A stretch of DNA of 20,000 bases from an uncultured virus (IMG/VR IMGVR_UViG_3300025357_000001) (Duplodnaviria; Heunggongvirae; Uroviricota; Caudoviricetes). Of the stretch, positions 7,701 to 16,417 are shown piece after piece. The number at the start of each line of letters is the position of its first letter. Positions within the stretch are counted from its first letter, which is position 1. A program made the position numbers and the translations under genes. The stretch lies in the IMG/VR virus record IMGVR_UViG_3300025357_000001. The stretch is one strand, 5' to 3'. The notes beneath the pieces are model-generated. The model did not search any database. It was not told the DNA's origin and worked only from the letters and a program-made list of their open reading frames with translations.

Positions 7701-9640
7701 TATTGGGCTTTCTTATACTTGTTCAATATTTTCTGAATATCTTCTGGGTGCTCAACTTTTTCGGATTTAGGTGAGCGATCCAATTTGTAGTCAGTTTCTT
7801 TAATAGCGGCAATATCTTTTTCGTAACGAGCCACAGCATCGTTAAATGCTTGACCACGTTCAAACTGTCTGAAGTTTTTATACTTGCTACCATCACCGTA
7901 CAGAGAACTAAGCTCTTTATCCAAATCAGCACGACGCTCAAGTTGTTTAGCGCGTTTGTAAATGTTTTCTGATGGATCAGAAATGCCAGTTGAAGTGTCA
8001 CGTAAAATTTGACGTTCGCTATTAGAAATAGTACCTTGACCTTTAATCAAAGCAGCAGAGTCTAATTCCATACGAGCCAAGTAGCTAGCTAACTCATGAC
8101 GCTTGGCAATACTTTGGTCGGTAGTTTCTGGTAGTGTTTGGAAAATAGCATCTTCCAAAGCTGGTAAACTGATTTGACCTTTAGGTGTTGTAACACCTTC
8201 TTTAATAAACTTACCGATTGCGTTAGCGTAGCCTTTGCTTGCTAAAACACCAGCAATAGAAGGATCTGACGCCAATAGGCTTTGAATCCTTGTGTAAGAG
8301 GTCTTACGATCTGCAATGTCAATTGGGCGTGTAGAGTCTTCAAAAGCAGCACGTTGTGCTTCTGAACTCTTAGCAGACTGTTGACCAGCTTCAATTTGTG
8401 CTGCTTTATCTGCTTCTTGAGCTGCTTTAGCTTCGACCAATGTTGGTCTTGGTACGTTAACAGTTTGTCCAGCAGGGGGAGTAACAACTTGAGCTGGCGC
8501 AGTAGCCAATCCAGCTTTTTGTTTAGCTTGTTCAATATATTCTCCAACAGAAGGAGCATTGGGGTTCTTTGGGTCTTTAAGACCACGATTAATAGTACCA
8601 TCAGCATTAATGGCGCCCGGGCCAGCATAGTATGCAGCATAGGTTTTATCAATGTCTCCGTCGTATTTTTTGTAGTAAGAAGCAATTAATGCTTTACCAG
8701 CGGCCATGTTTTGTTGCGGATCGTTGATATCAGCATTAGGTGGTATCAGACCTTGCTTCTTCATGGTATCAAATGTATCTTGGGTAATCTGCATTGGGCC
8801 AACAGCGCCAGCATAGTTTGGTTTAGATGTATCCGCTTTACCAAAATTACTTTCTTGACCGTAAATGCCGTTTACTGCTGCGTCCAAAGTACCAGAGTGA
8901 GTCGCTGGTGCACCTTGGGCGTTGTTAATTGCAGCTTGACCTTGTGGCGTTAAGTTGTAACGCTCTGGGTGCATGCGGTATTCGCGTGGTGATACCACAT
9001 CTGGGCGACCGTCTGGTAATAAAACATCAACAGTCTTCTTATCCATTTCTGGGCTAGCATATACTTCAGCAGCTTTTTTAAGTGTTGAATCGTATAGTGC
9101 TTCAGCTTCAGTAATTCGACCCAAACCGCGCAGACGTTTTACTTCTGCCATAACTTGTGGGTCAACAATAGAGAAGTTACCAGCTTGCGTTGTGGTAGAT
9201 GGCATACCAGCACCACCAGCATTTGGACCGCCACCACCAAGGATTTGGTCTAATGAATTTGCTGCGTTTTGCTGTTGTGCTTGAGCAGCTTTGAACGCAG
9301 CCATCTGGGTCTGCATATCAAAAATCTCTTTAGCTTTTTGTTCTTTTTGCTTATCTATTGCGCTTAGTGCATTGAACTGAGAATTATCTACAGTTGGTAA
9401 CAACCAAGCCATTGCCTCACGCAAGTTATCTTGTGTACCAGATGCTTTACGTTGGTCGATCATATCCTGCATATTTTTCAGGATTTCATCAGTTTGTTTT
9501 GTTCCTAATAAAACGTTGCCGGGAATAGACAAGCCACTCTTAGAGGGAGCCATTTTGGTAGGAACGCCCGCTGGCAATGCACCACCAGAGGTTTGAGATT
9601 GATCTACGGCGTCTAAACCGCTTTGTACATCATCAGCCAT
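7700..9640 (-). CDS. Internal virion/ejection protein with a soluble lytic transglycosylase (SLT/GH23-like) domain
   Basis: IYGQESNFG (catalytic Glu), GAVGPMQITQDT and AAYYAGPG at about 8895-8520. The start is probably the ATG at 9640 (TAATG overlap with the upstream stop), not 9652. Confidence 0.85.
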   Translation of the reverse strand: MADDVQSGLDAVDQSQTSGGALPAGVPTKMAPSKSGLSIPGNVLLGTKQTDEILKNMQDMIDQRKASGTQDNLREAMAWLLPTVDNSQFNALSAIDKQKEQKAKEIFDMQTQMAAFKAAQAQQQNAANSLDQILGGGGPNAGGAGMPSTTTQAGNFSIVDPQVMAEVKRLRGLGRITEAEALYDSTLKKAAEVYASPEMDKKTVDVLLPDGRPDVVSPREYRMHPERYNLTPQGQAAINNAQGAPATHSGTLDAAVNGIYGQESNFGKADTSKPNYAGAVGPMQITQDTFDTMKKQGLIPPNADINDPQQNMAAGKALIASYYKKYDGDIDKTYAAYYAGPGAINADGTINRGLKDPKNPNAPSVGEYIEQAKQKAGLATAPAQVVTPPAGQTVNVPRPTLVEAKAAQEADKAAQIEAGQQSAKSSEAQRAAFEDSTRPIDIADRKTSYTRIQSLLASDPSIAGVLASKGYANAIGKFIKEGVTTPKGQISLPALEDAIFQTLPETTDQSIAKRHELASYLARMELDSAALIKGQGTISNSERQILRDTSTGISDPSENIYKRAKQLERRADLDKELSSLYGDGSKYKNFRQFERGQAFNDAVARYEKDIAAIKETDYKLDRSPKSEKVEHPEDIQKILNKYKKAQ

Positions 9641-10635
9641 TAAATGCTCCATCCTGCATTTGAGTTATAAAGAGTACTATAGTTATAGCCACTTAAATCA
9701 GGATTATTTATAGTTGGTGTATTGGTTGGATAGTTACCACTAATATCCGGGGAACTACTAATATAACCGCCGGGTGTAGTCGTTGGGGTACTTCCATTTG
9801 GTGTATTGCCGCCAAGACCTAAAGCACTAGATAAACTATTGGATAACCAATTGTTTACGTTTGTGCCAATTGAACCAATTGTTCCACCAAGTGCGCCACC
9901 AGTTGCGCTATTGAGCGCGCCCAACAATGCTAATGGTGAGGTATTGACAGAACTGGTGACTGTGGTTGGAGCTTGGATAGTATTTAAAATCTGTGCTAAG
10001 TCGGCAGTAGAGGTTAATGGTGCTGCCTGTTGGGCTTGACCTAATGTAGTTTCTGTAGCAGTACCTTGTGCGCCAACGTTTCCTAATGCGGTAGCAGCGT
10101 TAACACCGGTTTGTTGGCCTGTTAATGCGGCTTGCATCTGTTGTGCTAGCAAATTAGCTTGTGCATTAGCACCAGCGGCTTGCTGTGCTGTTTGACCACG
10201 CAGGCTACCAAACTGACCAGCGGCTGTTCCAGCGGCTCCGGTCTGTGCTTGAATCTGTGGTAGTAGTGTATTGAGTTCTTGGTTTTGTGCTTGGAACAAA
10301 CCACCTAATGCTGTGTTGGTATTTGGTGTTACATTACCAGAAGCATCAGTCATCCAAGGATTAGCAGCTCCAGTAGCAATTGTATTTAATGTGCCTTGAG
10401 CTTGGGTGAATGGGTTATTTTGACCACTAAGGTTATTAATAGCTTGGCCAGCAACGGTATTTTGCAGCGCAGGAATATTGGCTGAACCTTGAGTTGCTTG
10501 ATTAACAATTTGTTGCTGTGCTTGGTCATACCAAGACGGCATTGTCGTGGTTTGAGACTTGGTGTTTTGAGCTAAACTACCAAGTTGGTTTGCAGTAGAA
10601 TTTAAACTACCTACGATGTCTGAAAGTCCAGCCAT
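9640..10635 (-). CDS. Probable DNA-transfer/ejection protein (Gln/Ala/Gly/Thr-rich)
   Basis: Low-complexity and nearly uncharged, with an AGQFGSLRGQ motif and a hydrophobic Gly-rich segment. Its position before the SLT protein matches podovirus ejection-protein clusters. Confidence 0.6.
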   Translation of the reverse strand: MAGLSDIVGSLNSTANQLGSLAQNTKSQTTTMPSWYDQAQQQIVNQATQGSANIPALQNTVAGQAINNLSGQNNPFTQAQGTLNTIATGAANPWMTDASGNVTPNTNTALGGLFQAQNQELNTLLPQIQAQTGAAGTAAGQFGSLRGQTAQQAAGANAQANLLAQQMQAALTGQQTGVNAATALGNVGAQGTATETTLGQAQQAAPLTSTADLAQILNTIQAPTTVTSSVNTSPLALLGALNSATGGALGGTIGSIGTNVNNWLSNSLSSALGLGGNTPNGSTPTTTPGGYISSSPDISGNYPTNTPTINNPDLSGYNYSTLYNSNAGWSI

Positions 10636-10636
10636 T

Positions 10637-11602
10637 TTATTTCTTTACCTTTTTGTGAGCCTCAGATAGATAAGTTAAAACACCTTTACTATCTGGCGGC
10701 AAATGTTTCGCATCATGCTTTTGTTTGTGCGCACGAACTGTTTCCAAGAAATTGTCTAATACTTTAGAACCACTATCGTTACTGCCGTTACCTAAAGAAG
10801 ACACAACATCAGCTGGAATAACAAACTCACCATTAGCTAACATTGCTGGCACATCATCGCTAGTGCCATCGCCTTTACCTTTCACATAGCGGTGTTTTAA
10901 ACCACCTTCGCTATAAAACTCAGGCACATGAACATCACCACCCTCGCTACGATAAGTAACTTGTGGTGTGTTTAGTGCTTGGCTTTGGAAATGTGGGTGC
11001 AGAGATAACGCGCCCATTGGTCGGCCATGGGTTGTTCTAGCTTCATATCCAAAAGTTGGGCTGCTAGTAGGGATTTGCTCAACACTACTGCCTTCATCAA
11101 AACTTTGTACAGGACCACCAGTTGCTAACAGTGCTTCTGTACCGGGATCAGCTTGGAATGTTGGAGAGGATACATTGGCATTAAATGCACCAGATGAGCC
11201 GAAAGAAGGTTGATCTAAATTAATGGAGCCGCTTGATCTTGTCAATCCGGGACTTAAGTTAGACATATCCACGGTAGGACTTAAAGAAGATAATGGGTTA
11301 GATGCAGCCGGTGTTGTTGTCGGTGTACTAGGTGTTGACGGAGAAGGCAGCGGTGTCGGTAAACCAGTAGACGGCGTTTTTGTTACAGGCGTAGTTGGCG
11401 TCTTAGGTAAAGACGGAGTTTTTGGTGTAGATGGATTACTAGGGGTCGTAGGCTGAGTATAATCCGATGGAGGAGTATAGTCAGATGGAGGAGAATAAGG
11501 AGTATAAGGGGTATAGGCATTATATGCGTTATACGCATTATAGGCGTTGTATGCGTTATACGCATTGTACGCATCATATCCACCGTAAACAACACCACCC
11601 AT
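10637..11602 (-). CDS. Probable virion protein with Tyr-Asn-Ala and Pro/Thr/Ser repeats and a conserved C-terminal GDGTSDDVPAMLANGEFVIPA domain
   Basis: The C-terminal VKGKGDGTSDDVPAMLANGEFVIPADVVS resembles the GxGxGTSDSIPAxLSxGEFV motif I recognise from phage virion and tape-measure proteins. It is packed 1-2 nt from both neighbours. Confidence 0.7.
   Translation of the reverse strand: MGGVVYGGYDAYNAYNAYNAYNAYNAYNAYTPYTPYSPPSDYTPPSDYTQPTTPSNPSTPKTPSLPKTPTTPVTKTPSTGLPTPLPSPSTPSTPTTTPAASNPLSSLSPTVDMSNLSPGLTRSSGSINLDQPSFGSSGAFNANVSSPTFQADPGTEALLATGGPVQSFDEGSSVEQIPTSSPTFGYEARTTHGRPMGALSLHPHFQSQALNTPQVTYRSEGGDVHVPEFYSEGGLKHRYVKGKGDGTSDDVPAMLANGEFVIPADVVSSLGNGSNDSGSKVLDNFLETVRAHKQKHDAKHLPPDSKGVLTYLSEAHKKVKK
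11516..11578 (-). repeat. Coding 9-bp tandem repeat (YDA + 6x YNA) with a 27-bp higher-order period
   Basis: Minus strand: tat gat gcg / tac aat gcg tat aac gca tac aac gcc / tat aat gcg tat aac gca tat aat gcc. Confidence 0.9.
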
Positions 11603-11604
11603 AA

Positions 11605-12054
11605 TTACTCCATTACAATCGAATAAACTTTTTCAAAATAATTAGCTCCAAGTCTTTCCAACAAATGCCCGTAATCTAAAAAGGGCTTGACATGGAACAT
11701 AATCCTCTGTGGATTACGCTTTTTAATTTCTTCCGTAGTCCACTTAATAAACCTATAACCCAACATTCCCTTTCGGTGTGTTGGCGCTATGTACAAAACA
11801 TCAGACGATGCAGTAAAACTGTCTTTATAGTGGATGTGTTGCCTTAACATCCAAATACTATAACCTACTAGTTTACCATCATCCCTAATGGTATGAATCT
11901 CTAAACTGTCATTGTTTTCCAATTGATTATAAGCATCAAAATTGGGGTTTAATTTAATGACATCGGTGCGTTCTGCAATCTCATCATAGTGATCTTCGAA
12001 CAGTTTTTGCGCTTCTTTAGCAAAGCGCGAGTCTTCCTTTTGGAACGTAATCAT
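11605..12054 (-). CDS. GNAT-fold acetyltransferase-like protein
   Basis: IRDDGKLVGY, SDVLYIAPTHRKGMLGYRFIK (motif A-like RxGxxG) and LLERLGA; 149 aa. Confidence 0.75.
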   Translation of the reverse strand: MITFQKEDSRFAKEAQKLFEDHYDEIAERTDVIKLNPNFDAYNQLENNDSLEIHTIRDDGKLVGYSIWMLRQHIHYKDSFTASSDVLYIAPTHRKGMLGYRFIKWTTEEIKKRNPQRIMFHVKPFLDYGHLLERLGANYFEKVYSIVME

Positions 12055-12084
12055 TGAGTTTTTCCACTATGTTGCTACCTATAT

Positions 12085-12114
12085 TAATGCAAAAAAGAGC
12101 CTTTTTACGCCCTA
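12085..12114 (-). promoter_or_regulatory. Candidate phage late promoter TAGGGCG-N16-TGCATTA (copy 1)
   Basis: Minus strand tagggcg-taaaaaggctcttttt-tgcatta-atatagg, in the gap upstream of the GNAT gene. The same boxes and spacing occur at 18862-18891. Confidence 0.55.
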
Positions 12115-12366
12115 GTTTTTGCCGCTAACATGTAGTATAAACTCATGAGCCCAATCTTGCCAAGTACCAAAGGTATCTGGATTTGGTAAAAGATACTGGT
12201 TTAGCTTTGGGTTTTGAGTCAAAGCAAAAGCCGTTTCTTGCCAGTTTTCTTCCATATTATATGGAACTTGTTCCTGACTGTAATACAGGATCAGATTGCC
12301 ATTAAAGTCTTCCCAAGTCGTATGATGCGGGGAATATGGGAATGACTGCTGTAATTTAACCGTCAT
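12112..12366 (-). CDS. Small hypothetical phage protein, Trp-rich, in the virion module
   Basis: 84 aa (TWEDFNG, ENWQETA, PNPDTFGTWQDWA). ATGA overlap with the nozzle-like gene. Confidence 0.75.
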   Translation of the reverse strand: MTVKLQQSFPYSPHHTTWEDFNGNLILYYSQEQVPYNMEENWQETAFALTQNPKLNQYLLPNPDTFGTWQDWAHEFILHVSGKN

Positions 12367-14528
12367 GGGCGCTCGTCACCGGGCTCAACGGTCAGCATAA
12401 TCTTGCCCATCTCAAAATTGCCATCAATTGTATTAGATTCAAACAAGAACCTATTTTCACGATTTTCAACCCGCATATCTATCTTTTCAGTAGTTGGGTC
12501 AAAGGTAAAAGTCTCTGAAGCGGTTTCGGTACTGGCGGCAAATTTCTTGCCCAATACTGTTAAAGTCATCTCACCGTTTTGTACAAAGTCCGGCTCAACA
12601 CGGCGAATGTGGGTTCTTCTGTTAATTCCGGGAGAAGACTTTTGTGATGGGTTACCTGCAACCCAACTCAAATCGCATGTTGTGAAATTGGATTGAACTG
12701 CGGTCTCGCCAAAAAATGATACATTGTTAAGACCATATTCATGTTGCCACAAAGCATATCCGCCGTTGATATAGTAAACCAACTCATTGACGTTTGCCGC
12801 TGGGCTAAAGTTGTTCGTACAAGTTACTAAAGTAACGCCTTTAGGATACAAAGCTTTTATCGTAGAGTTAAAGGTAAACACGCTTGTTGATACAACATAG
12901 GTTGTATCCTCTGGAATTGTGGAGAATGATAAACTATCTCCGGGACTAAACGTTCCAGTAACGTCTCCAGCGATATAAAACTGATTGCCATTTGGGGCTG
13001 GCAAACTGGCTGGATGGGCCACAATAGTAAACGGCTGGCTATAGGATGCTTGATAGTTCCAATCAGCCCAAATTGGATATGGCAACACTTCTGTGGTATA
13101 ACCACAAGATCTTTGTGCGCCTACCGCTTGTCCAGCATCGTACCAAATTTGATCTTTGACGTTGTAGATAATTGCGTCAGTACATTCAGTATTTTGGCCA
13201 CGGGGATAAAAGAACCAAATCTCATTGAAACGGGGTACTTTGGTTGCCCATACTTTTTGGCGTTGTTCATAATTTATATTATTAAACAGCCAGTTTACAT
13301 TCTTATCATTAGGCAGTACTTTAACGACACCGTTATATACATAGAAACGGTCTACACCCATCCAGTAATACAGGCCATCCATCTCAACAACTGCGTTAGA
13401 TGACATGATAGAGATTTGGCTGGAAACAATATTATAGTTCCAATAATACGGAGCAGTTCCAGTAAATGAAACGCTGATCAAACTGTCAGTTGCCCAAAAC
13501 AATCCAGATGGTGAGTTAGTACCACCACGAACAGGCAAACCCTTAACAATTTTAGAGGACGCCATGTTTACTTGGTTGGCAGTTGCTCCGTTCCAATCTA
13601 AAAGATTTTGCTGGGTGTATGTTGTGCTGACGTTATTATTAGCAATATACCCATCATTACCATACACAAATACATATGGATACAATACCACCACACCACC
13701 CGATACGCTGATCGGATTAAATGTTGGAAACTGACCACCACTATCTGACAATCCTTGGAGTTGCCATTGCTGATTAGAGTTTGGCAACACGCTACCATAT
13801 TGAATCTGCGTATTTACTGCATTATCAATATTATATAAATTTTGGCCCGGATGCGCCAATAAGTTTAATGCGCCACCAATTGGGTTGTATTGCAAATCAA
13901 ACTGCCAAGAGTTATTGACGTTTGGTGCAAACTGCACATTGTCAACCCAGACATTGGTAATACCAGATGTGGAACTTAATGCTGGTGTAAAGTTTACCGT
14001 AGTGGTTGGTGTGGCAAAAGTTGAACTAGAAACTGTATAAGTTGTCGGAGTTCCATTTTGCGTAAAGATAATCTTTGTACCAGCGGGGAAACACTTAGTG
14101 TAATCTACTATCGGTGTGGCAGTGCTAGTTACCGTAAACTGTGAAGTAGTTGGAAACGATGCAATAGTTTCTTTATTGTAGCCGGGAATAAATTGGGCTG
14201 AAAACGGACCACTACCTACAGAATATGTTGTGCCTGTAGTAAATACATCAATACCGTTTTGATTACCAGCAAAAACATAGTTAACGCCGTTATAGGCGTT
14301 GGTAATCATACCACGCGGTACGCCATTAAACGTACTGAAAATTTGACGGTAGCCGCCCATTTTCTTCGGCACTTTACGTTGGAAACGGCACCATGTACCA
14401 TCGGTACATTCAGTCGATTCAAACACCGTACCATCGCGCTTAATACCAGCAGCAACTCCTAAAGCGTAAACTTCGCTATATTGTGGAGGTAACTGAGCTG
14501 GCGGCGTATTCTCTTTGCCGTCAGCCAT
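12363..14528 (-). CDS. Tail nozzle / DNA stabilisation protein (P22 gp10-like beta-propeller)
   Basis: 721 aa and beta-rich, with YWMGVDRFYVYNG.VK.LP, PRFNEIWFFYP, AIIYN....WY and a C-terminal RRVEPDF...RVENR...G.R segment. Located between adaptor and ejection genes. Confidence 0.7.
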   Translation of the reverse strand: MADGKENTPPAQLPPQYSEVYALGVAAGIKRDGTVFESTECTDGTWCRFQRKVPKKMGGYRQIFSTFNGVPRGMITNAYNGVNYVFAGNQNGIDVFTTGTTYSVGSGPFSAQFIPGYNKETIASFPTTSQFTVTSTATPIVDYTKCFPAGTKIIFTQNGTPTTYTVSSSTFATPTTTVNFTPALSSTSGITNVWVDNVQFAPNVNNSWQFDLQYNPIGGALNLLAHPGQNLYNIDNAVNTQIQYGSVLPNSNQQWQLQGLSDSGGQFPTFNPISVSGGVVVLYPYVFVYGNDGYIANNNVSTTYTQQNLLDWNGATANQVNMASSKIVKGLPVRGGTNSPSGLFWATDSLISVSFTGTAPYYWNYNIVSSQISIMSSNAVVEMDGLYYWMGVDRFYVYNGVVKVLPNDKNVNWLFNNINYEQRQKVWATKVPRFNEIWFFYPRGQNTECTDAIIYNVKDQIWYDAGQAVGAQRSCGYTTEVLPYPIWADWNYQASYSQPFTIVAHPASLPAPNGNQFYIAGDVTGTFSPGDSLSFSTIPEDTTYVVSTSVFTFNSTIKALYPKGVTLVTCTNNFSPAANVNELVYYINGGYALWQHEYGLNNVSFFGETAVQSNFTTCDLSWVAGNPSQKSSPGINRRTHIRRVEPDFVQNGEMTLTVLGKKFAASTETASETFTFDPTTEKIDMRVENRENRFLFESNTIDGNFEMGKIMLTVEPGDERP

Positions 14529-15793
14529 TAGAACGTTCCGCCGGGGATTAAGCCAGCATTAAATGTAGCTGGTGTAGAAATCTGTGGTGATAGTGAATTG
14601 GTATTATCAATGCGCAACATATTGGTGGCATTTGCTGAGAAGCCCAAAACGCTAGTACCAATTAAATACATACCAGTGATGTGGTCTGAATTAAATGAAT
14701 ACGCTGGTGCTCCGGCAGTTCCGTTGTTAGCATAGAAAATACCGGTAGTTGATTGCGTTAAAGCAAACAGCGTATTGCCATCGCTTAATACCGTAGCAAC
14801 TTGGCCAGCACTTAATACAATTGCAGCAGTTGAACTACCAGCCACGTTAAAGCTAATCGTATATGCGCCAGATGTTGTATCGTTTACCAATACATAAATT
14901 TGGGTAATATTTGGTAGTGTTACTGATAGGTTAGCAGTACGAGTGCCAGACAGCGCAACGTAAGTTTGAATAATTGGCGCATAGGAAATTAAGCTTAGTG
15001 TGTTCCCAATAATGCTGTCCACATCGTAAGTTGCTGATGTGAAGGTTACGTTTGATGGAACTGCCCAACCCACTGTAAAGAAGTTTCCAGTTGATGCCTC
15101 ATAAATAATAGAACCAGAATCGCCCGGATTGGTAGAGATAGTTACTTGGCCGTTGATTAACGATGGGCTAGTTGGCGTAATAGACAATGTGCCAGTGCCG
15201 TTGTTCCTAAAGTTAATCCACCAACCACCAGACAAACCTGAAGACGCTGGCAAATTAAAGTTGCCGTTACCAGAAGTCCATACAAAAGTAGCAGCACGGC
15301 TAGAGTCATTAATGATTGGAGTTGCAGATACTTCTACAATGTTTCCAGTTACTGCCAATTGACCGGCTACTGTGGTTAAACCAGCGCCTTGCAAAGTTGA
15401 TGCGTCAGCAGCAGATGTGCCAGTACCAAAAGTAATGTTTTGCCAAACACCGCCAGTAGATGTGTTATCTGACAAATAGAAATAGTGTGTCACACCGGGC
15501 GCAACGGTAACGGTTTCACCGCCAGCAAAATCATCCACTACAAAGCTATATGCGCCTTTGTTGCGAATAAAAATGTCAGTGCCAAGGGAGCCTTGAGTGG
15601 CGTCAGGTAGGGTAATTGTTAGACCGGCACCAGCGGGGGTGCAATCCATAATACGCGCCGCCGGAACCTGTGTAGGATTAACTACTTGAGGCCAGTATAG
15701 TTGAGTATTGGTACTAAAACTAAGAGCGTAATAGGATACGTCCGTTGGTTCAACAACGGTACCGGTAAAGGGTGATACAAAAGATTGTGACAT
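14528..15793 (-). CDS. Tail appendage/fibre-like structural protein with three repeated beta domains
   Basis: Thr/Ser/Gly-rich. Three repeats of an 'LP...(R/V)N..G...PG/AG' unit and a C-terminal NGTAGAPAYSFNSD..TGMY motif typical of phage tail proteins. Confidence 0.65.
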   Translation of the reverse strand: MSQSFVSPFTGTVVEPTDVSYYALSFSTNTQLYWPQVVNPTQVPAARIMDCTPAGAGLTITLPDATQGSLGTDIFIRNKGAYSFVVDDFAGGETVTVAPGVTHYFYLSDNTSTGGVWQNITFGTGTSAADASTLQGAGLTTVAGQLAVTGNIVEVSATPIINDSSRAATFVWTSGNGNFNLPASSGLSGGWWINFRNNGTGTLSITPTSPSLINGQVTISTNPGDSGSIIYEASTGNFFTVGWAVPSNVTFTSATYDVDSIIGNTLSLISYAPIIQTYVALSGTRTANLSVTLPNITQIYVLVNDTTSGAYTISFNVAGSSTAAIVLSAGQVATVLSDGNTLFALTQSTTGIFYANNGTAGAPAYSFNSDHITGMYLIGTSVLGFSANATNMLRIDNTNSLSPQISTPATFNAGLIPGGTF

Positions 15794-15796
15794 ATA

Positions 15797-16417
15797 TTAA
15801 GGTTCCTGAACCGAGACGTTTCTGTCCACACGACGAGCGTTGTCTTCTTTTTTGAGCGCTGCCAAAGAATCTGTATAGTAAGACTTCCAGATAGGCAGTT
15901 TATCTAAAGCTTTTAAGTAGCCCTGTGCTTGTAACAATGTACCAAACAACATCGCTTGTGGGCACTCGCGGGTGAACAAGTTTTGTTGATTTTGTGAATC
16001 CAATGGTTGGATTTCGCTGTAGTACGTAATTTCAATTGGGTAGCTTGTATCTGGTTTTGGTGCAATCGCCCAATTGTTATAATCATAATCAGCATAATAC
16101 AAAGGCTGACCAGTAGAAGATTCAGATTGATACATCGCAACATAATCTTGGCTACGTAATAAAATTGGCTGACCATTTGTTTTCATGGAGATAGTTTTTC
16201 TCCAACGAGCAGGTTTTGTTACAATTACCTGATTGGCTGCTAGAGTTGTCTCCACTACAGTTAACTGTAGAAAGGTTTTTAACTCTGCAGCAATAGCAGA
16301 TTCAGCCAAACCAATCAAGCTTGGTATCTGGGCAACAAACTGCGCATCGTTACGTTCCATGTAATTTTGAACGTCAGATACCAGATTGTCATAGGTCATT
16401 ACATATGCGCTGGTCAT
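15797..16417 (-). CDS. Phage head-tail adaptor-like protein
   Basis: MTYDNLVSDVQNYMER, IGLAESAI, GQPLYYA, IAPKPD..Y.IEITYY and P.AMLFGTL..A..YLK follow the pattern of podovirus adaptor proteins. Confidence 0.65.
   Translation of the reverse strand: MTSAYVMTYDNLVSDVQNYMERNDAQFVAQIPSLIGLAESAIAAELKTFLQLTVVETTLAANQVIVTKPARWRKTISMKTNGQPILLRSQDYVAMYQSESSTGQPLYYADYDYNNWAIAPKPDTSYPIEITYYSEIQPLDSQNQQNLFTRECPQAMLFGTLLQAQGYLKALDKLPIWKSYYTDSLAALKKEDNARRVDRNVSVQEP

Noticed and set aside
9641..9652. Track start of the SLT protein at 9652 (MEHL...)
   Set aside because: The ATG at 9640 in a TAATG overlap matches the coupling pattern used throughout the arm.
11516..11578. Repeat with local palindromes (ATGCGT-TAT-ACGCAT) considered as a CRISPR array, iteron or DGR repeat
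   Set aside because: There are no spacers, variation is confined to synonymous sites, and there is no cas or reverse transcriptase gene. The palindromes follow from the YNA codons.
12091..12114. Possible minus-strand terminator (AAAAAG-GCT-CTTTTT)
   Set aside because: The stem is almost entirely A-U and too weak. The region is better explained by the promoter-like motif.
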